Below, in pieces: positions 1 to 11,191 of a stretch of DNA of 42,536 nt. The stretch's first letter is position 1. Each line of letters opens with the position of its first letter. A program made the translations under genes and the position numbers. The notes below the pieces were generated by a model that was given only the letters and a program-made list of their open reading frames with translations, searched no databases and was not told where the DNA came from. Source of the DNA: Octopus bimaculoides. Lineage: Eukaryota. The stretch lies in the NCBI RefSeq assembly GCF_001194135.2, contig NC_068982.1, positions 164,861,777 to 164,904,312 of the forward strand, given 5' to 3'.

Positions 1-37
1 TATTAGAATTTATACTTGAGCTGTAATGCAAAATGTA

Positions 38-395
38 TATATAAAATATAAAATAAAAGAACGAAAATGCACACATTTTACATAGTTTCAATATATTTTA
101 AATTGTTTGTCGACCGGTTTCACTTTCGCTAATCAGGACATTGAAATTATTGTAATTTCGTATTTTCTTAAGAAGATTTTAGTCCATGAAGTGTGTGGAG
201 AAGTTTATGAATGAATGATTCAACAAGTAGAAAAATCTAAGGGGAGGTAACTGGTGATCGTTATTATTGGAGACAGGAGAGGTAGCTGTTCATCTTACGG
301 ATGGAATAAATATACACAAAAACTTAAAGGCTAAAGTAGTGAGAAGAAATATGTAGTGATGTGTATGTGATCATGAATTAAAATATATGCTGGAA
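38..395 (-). repeat. Inverted pseudo-LTR of PLE copy 1
   Basis: Reverse complement of 2200-2575. For example, 299-393 ggatggaataaatatacacaaaaacttaaaggctaaagtagtgagaagaaatatgt matches the reverse complement of about 2205-2320. It contains a hammerhead motif. Confidence 0.85.
108..140 (-). ncRNA. Minimal type I hammerhead ribozyme motif (variant core)
   Basis: Reads tgtc-CTGATTA-gc gaaa gt-GAAA-ccggt-C-gaca: 4-bp helix I, 2-bp helix II with GAAA loop, palindromic ACCGGT helix III and a GUC triplet. Confidence 0.7.
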
Positions 396-479
396 TCAAA
401 ATTGGTTATGCATTCATATTTAGACGGGTTCTGTAATTTTCGATGAACGAATTTTCTTTGTTCCAACGTTCTTGACTAG

Positions 480-2191
480 AAATTGTTTCTTTGCACTAGT
501 AGATGGCGAAAACTGTGAAGTTTGGTTGTATATTACCCCTTCCTGAAAAAAATCTAGAGCAAATACATCTACAGAAATAACTAAACGTCCAACTAGATCA
601 AAGTATAAATATTAAAAAGAACACAAACACACAAAGCTTACTTCTCACTTGAAAGTAAACAGTTCTCAATGTGGTAGTAGGACAACTCACAAATAAGAAA
701 TATGAGAAGAAGCTAATCTAGGATTAGAATTTACTATTTCTCTCCAACAGCTAGAAATGTCCAAGGGGTTTCCTGCACCCCTCATCGAAGAAACTAAAGC
801 TACGGAATTTCAGCCTATTTACCGAGACAGCAAAAGCAACTTCTCAGCATCTCACACATAATTAAGTACCCCAACAATTTATTCCAACAAAGAAACCCGC
901 ACCCTGTACTTTCAACCAAATTTACTCAGACAGCAACAGCAGCCTCCTAGCAATCCTAATATAATTAATAACAATACTAACTCTGATAGATCCTACCAAC
1001 TAAATTACAGCAAACACTTTTTAGACCAAACGGAGAGAAACAGAGACACACGTTGGTACAATACATACAGGAGAAACCTAAAGTAACATATTTATCAAAG
1101 AAAACTCTCTCTGCAACCAAAATCAATATACTAGCTAAAGAATTAAAATTTACCACAGCCCCATGAAGATCTAGCCAGAATGAAATTAAAGACAATATTT
1201 CCGAATTCTGCCGAGAACTACGACTCACAGACTACAACAACGAGTATGAACCACTGGTTAAAAACAGTAGTAATTATATTCCACCTAAAGGTAGAAATAA
1301 AACACTAGATGACTTCTGCGGCCATATACAAAATTTCCCAAATACTTTCCATAAGCGAAAACTTAATACAAGCCTCAACAATCTAGAATGGAAAAAATCT
1401 AATTGAACTACAAAGCGACAAAGAACTGACAATTAAAGAAGCAGACAAAGGAAGTGCTGTAGTCGTGATGGACACAGAATACTACAAAAATCTAGTTTTA
1501 TCCATGCTAGAAAACGATATCTTCTGCGAAAAATTTGTAAACAATAAACAGCGAAAAATAATGGTAAATCTTGCATCCTTAATACTACTACATGGAAAAG
1601 GCCAGATAGAAAAATAAATAGATTATATCACGAACTCTAAATGTAAACCTAATCTTTTTTACGGCCTACCTAAAATATACAAGAGCAAGATAGTTAATGA
1701 AACCAACAAACAATCACCAGGAAAACGCATACACATCCAAGCGCCAGAAGACTTAACGTTGAGACCCATTATAGCTGGCCCAGCCTTTGAAACCCATCGC
1801 CTAAGCAATTTTCTAGACATCCTACTGAAACCCTTGATGAAATTACATCAACAGTTTCATTAGAGATTAAAACACTAATGGCAACAAAACGTAACACCAC
1901 ACCTCATCTCAAAACACTACTGTATATATCAACTCACAACTCTAGAAACAATGAGGATTACAACATATTGTACAAAATATACCAATGCTCACTAGAGATC
2001 CAAAAATAAGCAACATTCTGAAAACACACAAATTCATCAAATGCAAAAAGCAACATAAATCGCTAAAAAGACTCCTAACAAATGCAAAGCTTTACATAAC
2101 AGCCACGAAACTAACGGTTAAAAGATGTAGGCGGCCAAACTGTGGAACATGCCCCAACCTACTGGAAGGATCGGAATTTCTATTCTATTAA
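480..2191 (+). mobile_element. Penelope-like element copy 1, disrupted ORF (RT N-terminal part and Cys-rich linker; RT core and GIY-YIG missing)
   Basis: Translated motifs: ILAKELKFTTAP, TIKEADKGSAVVVMDTEYY, FYGLPKIYKS, LRPIIAGPAFETHRLSNFLDILLKP. It then jumps to YISTHNSRN...LTRDPK...KRCRRPNCGTC. Several stops and frameshifts. The 5' boundary is approximate. Confidence 0.9.
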
Positions 2192-2199
2192 GCATATAT

Positions 2200-2575
2200 T
2201 CTATTCAGCATATATTTTAATTCATGATCATATTTTAATTCATGATCATATGCACATCACTGTACATATTTCTTCTCACTACTTTAGCTTTTGAGGTTTT
2301 GTGTATATTCATCCCATCCAAAAGATGAACAGTTGCTTCCCCTGTCCCCAATAATAATGATCACCTCTCCTTAGATTTTTCTACTTGTTGAATCATTCAT
2401 TCATAAACTTCACCACACACATGAACTAAAATCTTAAGAAAATACAAAATTATAATAATTTCAATGTCATGATTAGCGAAAGCAAAACCGGTCGACAAAT
2501 ACAATATAAAATATATCAAAAAATATATTAAAACTAAGTAAAGTATGTGCAGTTTCGTTCTTTTCTTATATATAT
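2200..2575 (+). repeat. 3' pseudo-LTR of PLE copy 1
   Basis: Directly follows the ORF remnant and is an inverted copy of 38-395. It has a small internal tandem duplication (tattttaattcatgatca) at about 2213-2250. Confidence 0.85.
2465..2497 (+). ncRNA. Minimal hammerhead motif, degenerate (G12 to A)
   Basis: Reads tgtc-ATGATTA-gc gaaa gc-AAAA-ccggt-C-gaca, the same fold as 108-140. Confidence 0.6.
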
Positions 2576-2732
2576 ATATATATATATATATATNNNNNNN
2601 NNNNNNNNNNNNNNNNNNNNNNNNNNNNNNNNNNNNNNNNNNNNNNNNNNNNNNNNNNNNNNNNNNNNNNNNNNNNNNNNNNNNNNNNNNNNNNNNNNNN
2701 NNNNNNNNNNNNNNNNNNNNNNNNNNNATATA

Positions 2733-2773
<41 letters not shown>

Positions 2774-2869
2774 GAATACAGGCACACATACATACATACA
2801 TACATACATGCATGCATGTACACAATACGTATAAGTCTATATAAATGTTACTTTATATTATGTTGATAT

Positions 2870-4882
2870 GTAGAAAAGCAACTAGATTTATTGCTAAAGC
2901 AAAGATAAGGCTTAAACAATGTTAGAAATATAAAAACAACAGAAACTTAGTGATTTTTTATTTTCCTGACTTTACTTCAGACTCCACATTTAATCAACAG
3001 AAATAAAATCATCAAAGTCCAATTCAGCCAGACAACTTTGGGCTCATTTCCAGGATTCAAAGTTATGCAGGAACATATTTATAAAAGTAGCCGATAAGGT
3101 AGGTGCTGATGATTTTACGGACATAAAATACTAAGAGATAAAACTACACAAATAATATGAAGAATCCAGAAACTACAAACTAAGGAATGTTTGGAAAGAA
3201 CTGATTGCTTTACTATACGAGGTAATGCTGAAAATTTCTGGCTTTGGGTAAAATAATATACAAAATTTAATTCAATATTATCTCCTCTCAAATTCACACA
3301 CTTATAGCAGTGATCCTTCAGGTTTTCTAAGCCCTGTAAAAGAAGTCGCAAGTTTGGGTTTCCAATCCGGCCTTTCGCGATACCCTAAGGGTACTTTCCT
3401 GCGAGGAACTTTTCAGCACCACACCCCGTACTCATATTGAATTGATGTAACCAATAAAGAAGTAGATTACCACAACGTATTAAATACAAAACAAGAAATA
3501 TCTATAAATTTCAGAAAAATATACATTGTAATTGGTCTAATAATATACAAGACACATCGCTTTGGTAATTTATCTATATTCCTTGCTGAAACCTTTCCTG
3601 AAAATATATATATGCCAAAGCTCTATAAGAAACAATTTCAATATGCTTAACCATTTACCAATATAATGGACAAAAATACGTATGCTGTTTCATTTGATGT
3701 ATAACTGTATTGTAATATTAAACACAATTACGCAATTGAAATTATCAACTACTGTTTCGAATCATTTATTTATGATCTACCAAACTGCATCAATAAGGAC
3801 TTTATTACTGATGGATTTCGCTTTACTTCAGAAAATACGTATTTCATATTCAATCAAACAACTTATCGGCAAATAGCAGGCACAATTGCGGAAAACAAAG
3901 TTGTATCGATTTACGCTGATCTAGTTTGGGGATATGATGAAGTTAAAATCTATGAACAATTCTCACAAGTATTTGCGAATAATTGCAGTATTTACTTGAA
4001 AAGGAATTGGAAAAGTTTTCTGAAGGATTGAATCACTTCATGGAGGAGAAAGCTTGATCGACTGAACGACTATTAAAATACAATAAACAATATAAAGCTT
4101 CTCATCTAATTTACTAAGAATTACAGGAACGACAACCTCGCTTAGAAACTTGTATATAATCTATATAAATAAGTTAGGTAGCTCTTGTGCACATTTCCTT
4201 GGCAAAAAATATGATTTTACATTTCATATATATTAGCCTCAAAAAATTGTACTATAGATTCGAATCTTTCCACAACAAAGTATAGACTACAAAAAAAAAA
4301 AAAGAATACCATTTGATAGTGAAATTCATAGAGTAAGGCAAATTTACAACGAAATAAGCAAACTAGCAAAAATGAACACCGGGGTTTCGAGACAAATTCA
4401 TCAAAATTTAACTAAATGAACAAAATGATGAAAATAAATATGACAATACAATCTAGTCATTAAAAGTAAGCGGCAGAGTCTTTAAAAAGTACGAAAGTGA
4501 TCAACTCAGATTTACAGACATAACCCATGGATCTAAGAGTCAATAAATGTTGTCAACTTACTTATAGAATATGTTATTTATTTAAAAAACGAGTCACCTT
4601 TCATTTCAAGGAAGGATTTTAATTTGTTTCAAAATTAACGGTAAGTAATATATAGTAACAAGTATGGATTGTGTGGAACATAGCAGCCAAACAAACCGGC
4701 CTTTCTGCAGAAAAATGCCGTTACACTGAAAACAAATAAGAATATTAAAACTGTCATTTGTCAACATACAGATAGCTGGGGCAAAGGTATTTTCTTGTTT
4801 TAAAAGTTTTGCGTGTCACCAAGGAAATAGCACTGGATAAACAAAGAAAAGTTGTTTATATATAAATATATACCAAATTAAA
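2870..4882 (+). mobile_element. Penelope-like element copy 2, old, nearly full-length and heavily degraded RT + GIY-YIG ORF
   Basis: Motifs occur in the expected order: IKVADKVGA (~3080), LLKPFL (~3590), SFDV*LYCNIKH (~3690), YRQIAGT (~3865), WKSFLKD* (~4010-4031), RIPF (~4305), an IYVxxxxC..HSSQTNRP..KMPLH GIY-YIG-like segment (~4645-4740) and KEKLFIYKYIPN* (~4840-4880). Confidence 0.8.
3218..3428. mobile_element. Mariner-derived non-autonomous element (MITE) nested in PLE copy 2
   Basis: TA at 3216-3217 and 3429-3430. The left end cgaggtaatgctgaaaatttct resembles the reverse complement of the right end cggggtgtggtgctgaaaagttcct. The minus strand encodes a transposase C-terminus-like KCVNLRGDNIE. 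Confidence 0.8.
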
Positions 4883-5632
4883 ATTATTACGTTTTAGTTT
4901 TCTGGCATTTATGTATCTTAACATGAATATATTACATTCGTTGACAAGGCCTTATTTCATTATTTTCTAATTAATATACTTACATTCTCAAAAACGTAAC
5001 CGTTTTGTTTTCTATAATGATGTATTCAAATATATGGTCGGGGAAAACATTCAATGATATCGTATTTTGGTATAAAGTAACATTTAGTGTATTTTTGTTG
5101 GGAAATATATATGACTATTTTATTATACGTAGAACATTGAACTTATACGAAGACGCTTAATGATATTTTAATTTGAAATATAGGTTAAACCATTATGGAA
5201 AATGTTGATAAATATTTTTGCTCTACGTTGTAAAACAAATTGATGCTGACGATTTTCAGATCTTCGTCATGAAGCTGCGTAGGATTCAATCTTGAAGGTG
5301 TGGCGCTTATATAAGTGTCGCTATGGGTAGTTGGGTAGCTGATCTGAAGCACGGCAGTGATGCAGTGCAACCCTGTTTCAGATTTACGGCATTGGATAAC
5401 TTCCAATTTATATTGGATCGATGGATTATCAGCAGGTTTCAGGCTCAGTCACTTTCAGGTTATGTTTGTATTTTCGTCAGATTTCTTTGCTATAGGCTCA
5501 GTAGTGTTTTAGAGAATCCCGTTGATAGAGGTATGATAACCCAGCAACGATAGAGAGGTGGCAATACTTAACTAACGAAAATCTGAGAAAGCTACAACAA
5601 TGTATCCTTTTAAACAAAAGCGAATCTATCTA

Positions 5633-5635
<3 letters not shown>

Positions 5636-5668
<33 letters not shown>

Positions 5669-5669
5669 C

Positions 5670-5702
<33 letters not shown>
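5636..5702. repeat. Compound (CT)n(AT)n microsatellite
   Basis: Directly visible. Confidence 0.95.
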
Positions 5703-5707
<5 letters not shown>

Positions 5708-5970
5708 GTTGAAGCAATAGATGGAGAATGTATTAACTCACGTAATCAGAAAAACACCGAAACTTATTGCAAATGCAGATATAAATATGAAAAGGAAAAA
5801 GCAATATATATTGAGTGTGCAGTGATTTTGCTTATTTTAATCCTTATACTCACCTAATCGAATAAATATAGAATAGTATGCAAGTTTTGCGAGTGAGGCC
5901 CTACATTTATCAGTTTCCTATATTTCCTTTCTGAATTATGGATTTTTATTTTCAGTAAACATTATTTTAC

Positions 5971-6630
5971 CTGGAACATTGCATTTTCTACAGTCCTTGC
6001 TGCATTATTTTATTATCGTACTATCGATAATTGCCATTAGATCCACAAAATATATTTGCACTGTTACATAATTATCATTATTCATACATTAATTAAATTC
6101 TCTATAATCTTTTCGTTGTGTTGATTAATATTTTTGTAACATGAATACATTTCCATTAATACCATTCGAAACGATTCGATCTAAATAACACACCTAGAAT
6201 AATTTAATTAATTAATAGAATAACACACTATAAAAGAGAAATTAATACACCTGCAATTCTTCTATAAATACTAAGCATTCATGTGTTAAATATATTTAGT
6301 GATCTATTTCAAAAGAAATCATTTTAATTTGTAAACAATCATTAAAGGATTGACTTACCCTAAGGCTACGAAATATTTCTGCAAATTGATTTCGTTTATA
6401 CACCCAGAAATACTTACATAAATTTTCACACATAGATACACATATTTACTCGTCCACAAATATATGTGAACCGTTCAGATACAACAGATTTACACCTCAC
6501 TATCACACGAAACACGTTCATTACAACGTGTTTTCGGCGTATAGCAATTTCCAATAAGCGTAGTCGATATTGTGCAATTATTGATTTTTTTTTTTTAATA
6601 ATTATTATTGATCATCGGTACAATATATCT
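5971..6630 (-). pseudogene. Candidate decayed spliced gene with Cys-rich (TNFR-CRD-like) peptide
   Basis: Exon-like pieces at 6496-~6630, 6359-6378 and 5971-6060 have GT-AG introns and compatible phases. They give GNCYTPKTRCNERVSCDSE|KYFVALG|ANIFCGSNGNYR*YDNK/CSKDCRKCNVP, with stops and a frameshift. Confidence 0.3.
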
Positions 6631-7603
6631 TGCTATAAAGGTTAAGTTATTTGACTGTATATTCACAACAAAATCGTGTAGGTGATTTGGGCCAGTGAAT
6701 TTTCGCTTGGTAATCTGACGACTTTTCAACTCAATTGACAACAATCACAAAAACATGATACAAAATATTGCAGGATTAATGTAAAACTTTGAATATCTTA
6801 ATGATCTTATACGACAGCTCAATGTCAGAAATTTTCACACGTAATTATAGTTGATTAAACAAACCAATTTCATGCTTTATATTTATTTTATCGAATTTGT
6901 GTGTATGAAAGACAAAATTAAATCCGACATGTTTCAACTCAGAATATAGAGACGAACTGCCATTACTGCATTTATTCAACACTCAAAAAATTAATATGAC
7001 TTCTTTGATTTTATGGCAAACTTGTTATGTGAAATTGTAATTTGAAGATAATATCTAATAGAAACATCACCATCAATAAATCTGAGGAGTATACGAGCTA
7101 GCCATGACAATGAAATTATTTAAGATCACTACCTATTTAAAGTAAGGTCTATTTCGATGCTATTAATATATTTAATAAGTCCATCGGTAGGTTGTATGAA
7201 TTTTCTTATGACTTATTACGATGAAACCCAAACTAGATTCCAGATAAGCAATCTTGGCAACAAGGTGATTTCGTTTTCGGAAGTTGATAGCCCAACAGCG
7301 GAAACGTTATACCAACAAATATAATGAAGAAATTGACAAAAACGTAAACGAAATGACGATTTTTCTTATACATCATCTCTCAGCAAAGTTATGCCCAGAT
7401 AGCAAACAGTAGTTTATACAAAATATAAGACTATCTGAACCCACTCTTCCATTCGAATGTTTCTAAATAGTCTCCATTTCCATTGGGTAGCATATCCTTT
7501 TTGGGTTTTGACACCTGTTCAAATAATTCCAACTACTCCAAGCATAACTTTTATCGATTAACTTGGAATGATACAATAACAACAACAACAATAATAATAA
7601 TAT

Positions 7604-7871
7604 TCAATGTGCCACATGTATTGAGAAGAGCATTGTCACTGTGAATTGTCCTTCCTTGTTTCCCCGTTTATTTTATTTGTTTACATTTTAATTTTTATTT
7701 ATTCCTTTTTCTCTGTCTTCCCCTTGTCTCTGTCACATGACTTTGTAAATGAACAATCTGGTGTGTTTATTTTGACAGTCTACCAATATATACAGTACGT
7801 TTCTCTGCCCCAGGTGTCAGGAAGACACTCAGCAAGAAATGGAAAGAGAATTGAAAGAAGACGCTATTGAA

Positions 7872-7872
<1 letters not shown>
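7604..7872 (+). mobile_element. 5'-truncated R4/Dong-clade LINE 3' end (copy A) in a (TAA)n array
   Basis: Encodes HVLRRALSL*, then a 3' UTR homologous to copy B. Flanked by (AAC/AAT)n and (AAT)n. Confidence 0.75.

Positions 7873-7966
<94 letters not shown>
7873..7966. repeat. (AAT)n microsatellite
   Basis: Directly visible; separates LINE copies A and B. Confidence 0.95.
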
Positions 7967-7969
<3 letters not shown>

Positions 7970-8256
7970 GGTACTGAGACCTATTTGAAAATGATACTAG
8001 GCTTACCATCCCTACAGGAAGTGCAAAAAATCGTGTTAACTGGAACGACTCATGTACTGAGAAGAGCATTATCGCTGTGAAAACAACATCCATTCATGAA
8101 TTTCTTTTATTTATTAATTTTTTTTTAAATACATATTTTGCCTGTGAATTTGCGTGTGTAAACTGGGAATGCATACAATGAGTTTCTCTGCCATAGGTTT
8201 ACCGAAAACACTCGGCGAGAAATGGAAGAAAATTTGAAGAAAGAAGAAAAAAAAAA
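7967..8256 (+). mobile_element. 5'-truncated R4/Dong-clade LINE 3' end (copy B)
   Basis: Encodes YLKMILGLPSLQEVQKIVLTGTTHVLRRALSL*, the typical C-terminus of RLE-type LINE ORFs. Followed by a 3' UTR and (AAT)n at 8258-8345. Confidence 0.85.
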
Positions 8257-8257
8257 C

Positions 8258-8318
<61 letters not shown>

Positions 8319-8469
8319 TGACAACAGCAACAATAATAATAATTTTTTTTCATTGTCACTCATAAGAGGTAGCGATTATCAGGTTGCGTAATTACCAGTG
8401 TTTTTATTGTAACGCCATCTCTAGATGTATTATTAATCAGGGCATGGAGAGTCTCCACCTGCTTCCTTT

Positions 8470-8500
8470 CATTGTTATTATTAGTATTATTATTATTATT

Positions 8501-8579
<79 letters not shown>

Positions 8580-8580
8580 C
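8470..8580. repeat. (ATT)n(ATC)n microsatellite
   Basis: Directly visible; source of the poly-Ile ORF 8384-8848. Confidence 0.95.
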
Positions 8581-8834
8581 TGATATTATTGTTTTTATTG
8601 TTTTCCTATTTGTCATTGTTATATTAACAGACTCAGAGGCTACACAGGCCTATGCAGAGCAGGCGTGGCACCAATTCCCAGCGCTGTTTACATGGCTCTT
8701 CATTAGTCTTCTATCGCCTTTGTCAATTACTGATTTTATTGTTGTAATTGTTGTATCTATGTGTAGTAGCAGCAGTGGTGGCAGGAACAGCAACAGTTGT
8801 AGGGGTGGAGGTAGTGGTAGTAGTGGTAGTTGGG

Positions 8835-9161
8835 CCCCTACATGGTAAATACTGGGTTAAACTAAATGCAAAAGAAATAGACAGAGAAAAATCCCAGCAA
8901 TGGTTGAGAAGCTCAGGATTCAAAGCAGAGACTGAAGGATTTTTAATTGCTTCACATGACCAAAGCCTCCCCACCAGAAATTACCAAAAACATATGAAAA
9001 GAAACATAACAAGTAACTGTAGAATATGTGGAGATGGACAAGAAACAATAAATCATATTATCTCTGACTGCCCAGTCCTGGCTAAGAAGGAATATATTCA
9101 CAGACACGACAGAGCTGGGACCTATATACACTGGAAGCTATGCCAACACTATGGAATAACA
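8835..9161 (+). mobile_element. R4/Dong-clade LINE fragment (post-RT zinc knuckle and RHD motif), running into a gap
   Basis: PLHGKYW...WLRSSGFKAETEGFLIASHDQSLPTRNY...CRICGDGQETINHIISDCPVLAKKEYIHRHD...IHWKLC. After the gap come 21 bp (9503-9523) and (AAT)n at 9524-9630. Confidence 0.9.
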
Positions 9162-9523
9162 NNNNNNNNNNNNNNNNNNNNNNNNNNNNNNNNNNNNNNN
9201 NNNNNNNNNNNNNNNNNNNNNNNNNNNNNNNNNNNNNNNNNNNNNNNNNNNNNNNNNNNNNNNNNNNNNNNNNNNNNNNNNNNNNNNNNNNNNNNNNNNN
9301 NNNNNNNNNNNNNNNNNNNNNNNNNNNNNNNNNNNNNNNNNNNNNNNNNNNNNNNNNNNNNNNNNNNNNNNNNNNNNNNNNNNNNNNNNNNNNNNNNNNN
9401 NNNNNNNNNNNNNNNNNNNNNNNNNNNNNNNNNNNNNNNNNNNNNNNNNNNNNNNNNNNNNNNNNNNNNNNNNNNNNNNNNNNNNNNNNNNNNNNNNNNN
9501 NNATAAAGATAAAACTACTGGAC

Positions 9524-9597
<74 letters not shown>

Positions 9598-9599
9598 TG

Positions 9600-9630
<31 letters not shown>

Positions 9631-9631
<1 letters not shown>

Positions 9632-9710
9632 TCTTTCTACTAAAGGCACAAGGTCTGACATATCGCTCAGCACTTCGTCCAGTCTGTTAACGATTCTACC
9701 AGCTCGCCGC
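9631..9710 (-). mobile_element. SINE family A, internally deleted copy
   Basis: The tail (ttctttctactaaaggcacaagg on +) is joined directly to the head (aacgattctaccagctcgccgc). The central domain is absent, and AAT repeats lie on both sides. Confidence 0.7.
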
Positions 9711-10883
9711 GTTTTATAATAATAATAATAATTGGAAAATCAATGAATATCTTCCTGAATCAGTGCTTTGTGATTATTCCAGAGCATGTACCAGTGTAAT
9801 TACTAAACGTAGTAACTTGCCTCGTTAAGAAAACTAAAATAGTCTATCAAAATCCTAGGTGGAGAATAAAGTATTAAAATACGATAATAAATGGTATTTG
9901 AAAAGAACTCACACTTATTAAAATACTTACTGGAAATATCATCGGTGGAGCATATTTTTTCTTGAACATAGGAGATCTAAGAATGACTTGAGTTTATGAT
10001 GGAACAGAAGAATTCTCTGATTAGGTAATATAAAGAACTGACATGCGAAATTCATCATGCTTTCAGCATGAACAGATAGATAAATAACGATTAACACGCT
10101 TACCGTAATGAGAAACAATAATTGCACACGCAACTAAAATAACTATATCGAAGAGACACGATTATTGGCGTGTATAAATCTTTTCAATATAGGAAAAAAA
10201 TTCAACATCCAAATTGAATGAAATGAATAAGACAACAGGATATTGTATGAATATAATTCCATTACCGTAATACGGTCAGTTTTTGTTCACCCTGATGGCT
10301 TTCAAGATCACACTTTCGTGCGACTAAAAGTTTCATAAACAATTGTCCAACCGGAATCTACTTTGCGACAGAAATCACAGCAACATTTCCAGACTTATGA
10401 TGTAGAGATTATCTTGTAAACTTAAGAACGATACAAAATGTAATCGCTTTACATTTGTGTCTTTCATCTCTCTTGAGATGCTATCTGCAAAGAAGAGTAA
10501 CCTGAGATTAATACGTGTCTGTACATGTGTGTGTGTGTTTGTGTGTGAGTGTGTGTGTATTTGTGTGTCTGTGTGTGTGTATGTGCGTATGTGTGTAAAT
10601 TTCCGTTGATTCATCGAGAAATGATAAAATTACAAAGCTCAATGAGAAAATTTAGACTATTCTTTAATACATTAAAACTGAAATTATGTGAAGCTCAAGA
10701 GATTATGTTTCTTCAGCATAAAGTTGGTCATAAAATTCATATAATACTTCAAAATATATTGAAATAGCAGATAATTCATTTCTGTGTGTGTGCGCGCACG
10801 TATGTGCGCGTCTGTGTATTCGCGCGCGTGTGTATATATGTATACATATTTATTTGCATATGATATATATATATACATTCATA

Positions 10884-11045
10884 GAAGGTTGATTGTTACA
10901 GCAGGTCAGAGAGTAACCATTGGTTTCGTACCTATAAAGGGCTAAACTGTGTTAGTGACTCGTCAGACTGAGACCCATACAGCTAAGCACTTTATAGGTG
11001 TATAACTGATAGTGACGCTCTGAGCTACCATAGCAATCAACCTTC
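10884..11045. mobile_element. Foldback/MITE-like element of 162 bp
   Basis: Arms of about 70 bp are imperfect inverted repeats, with terminal gaaggttgattg / caatcaaccttc perfect and internal acctataaagggctaaactgt / acagctaagcactttataggt. A 4-bp direct repeat cata flanks both ends. Confidence 0.75.
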
Positions 11046-11107
11046 CATAAATATATTACTGTTCTATTGTCTCAGAGTGTGCTCCTTTTTCAGATATATG
11101 AATTACG

Positions 11108-11145
<38 letters not shown>

Positions 11146-11155
11146 NNNNNNNNNN

Positions 11156-11191
<36 letters not shown>

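Noticed and set aside
5185-5553. Short ORFs with faint GIY-YIG-like words on the minus strand
   Set aside because: Too few conserved residues to assign by eye.
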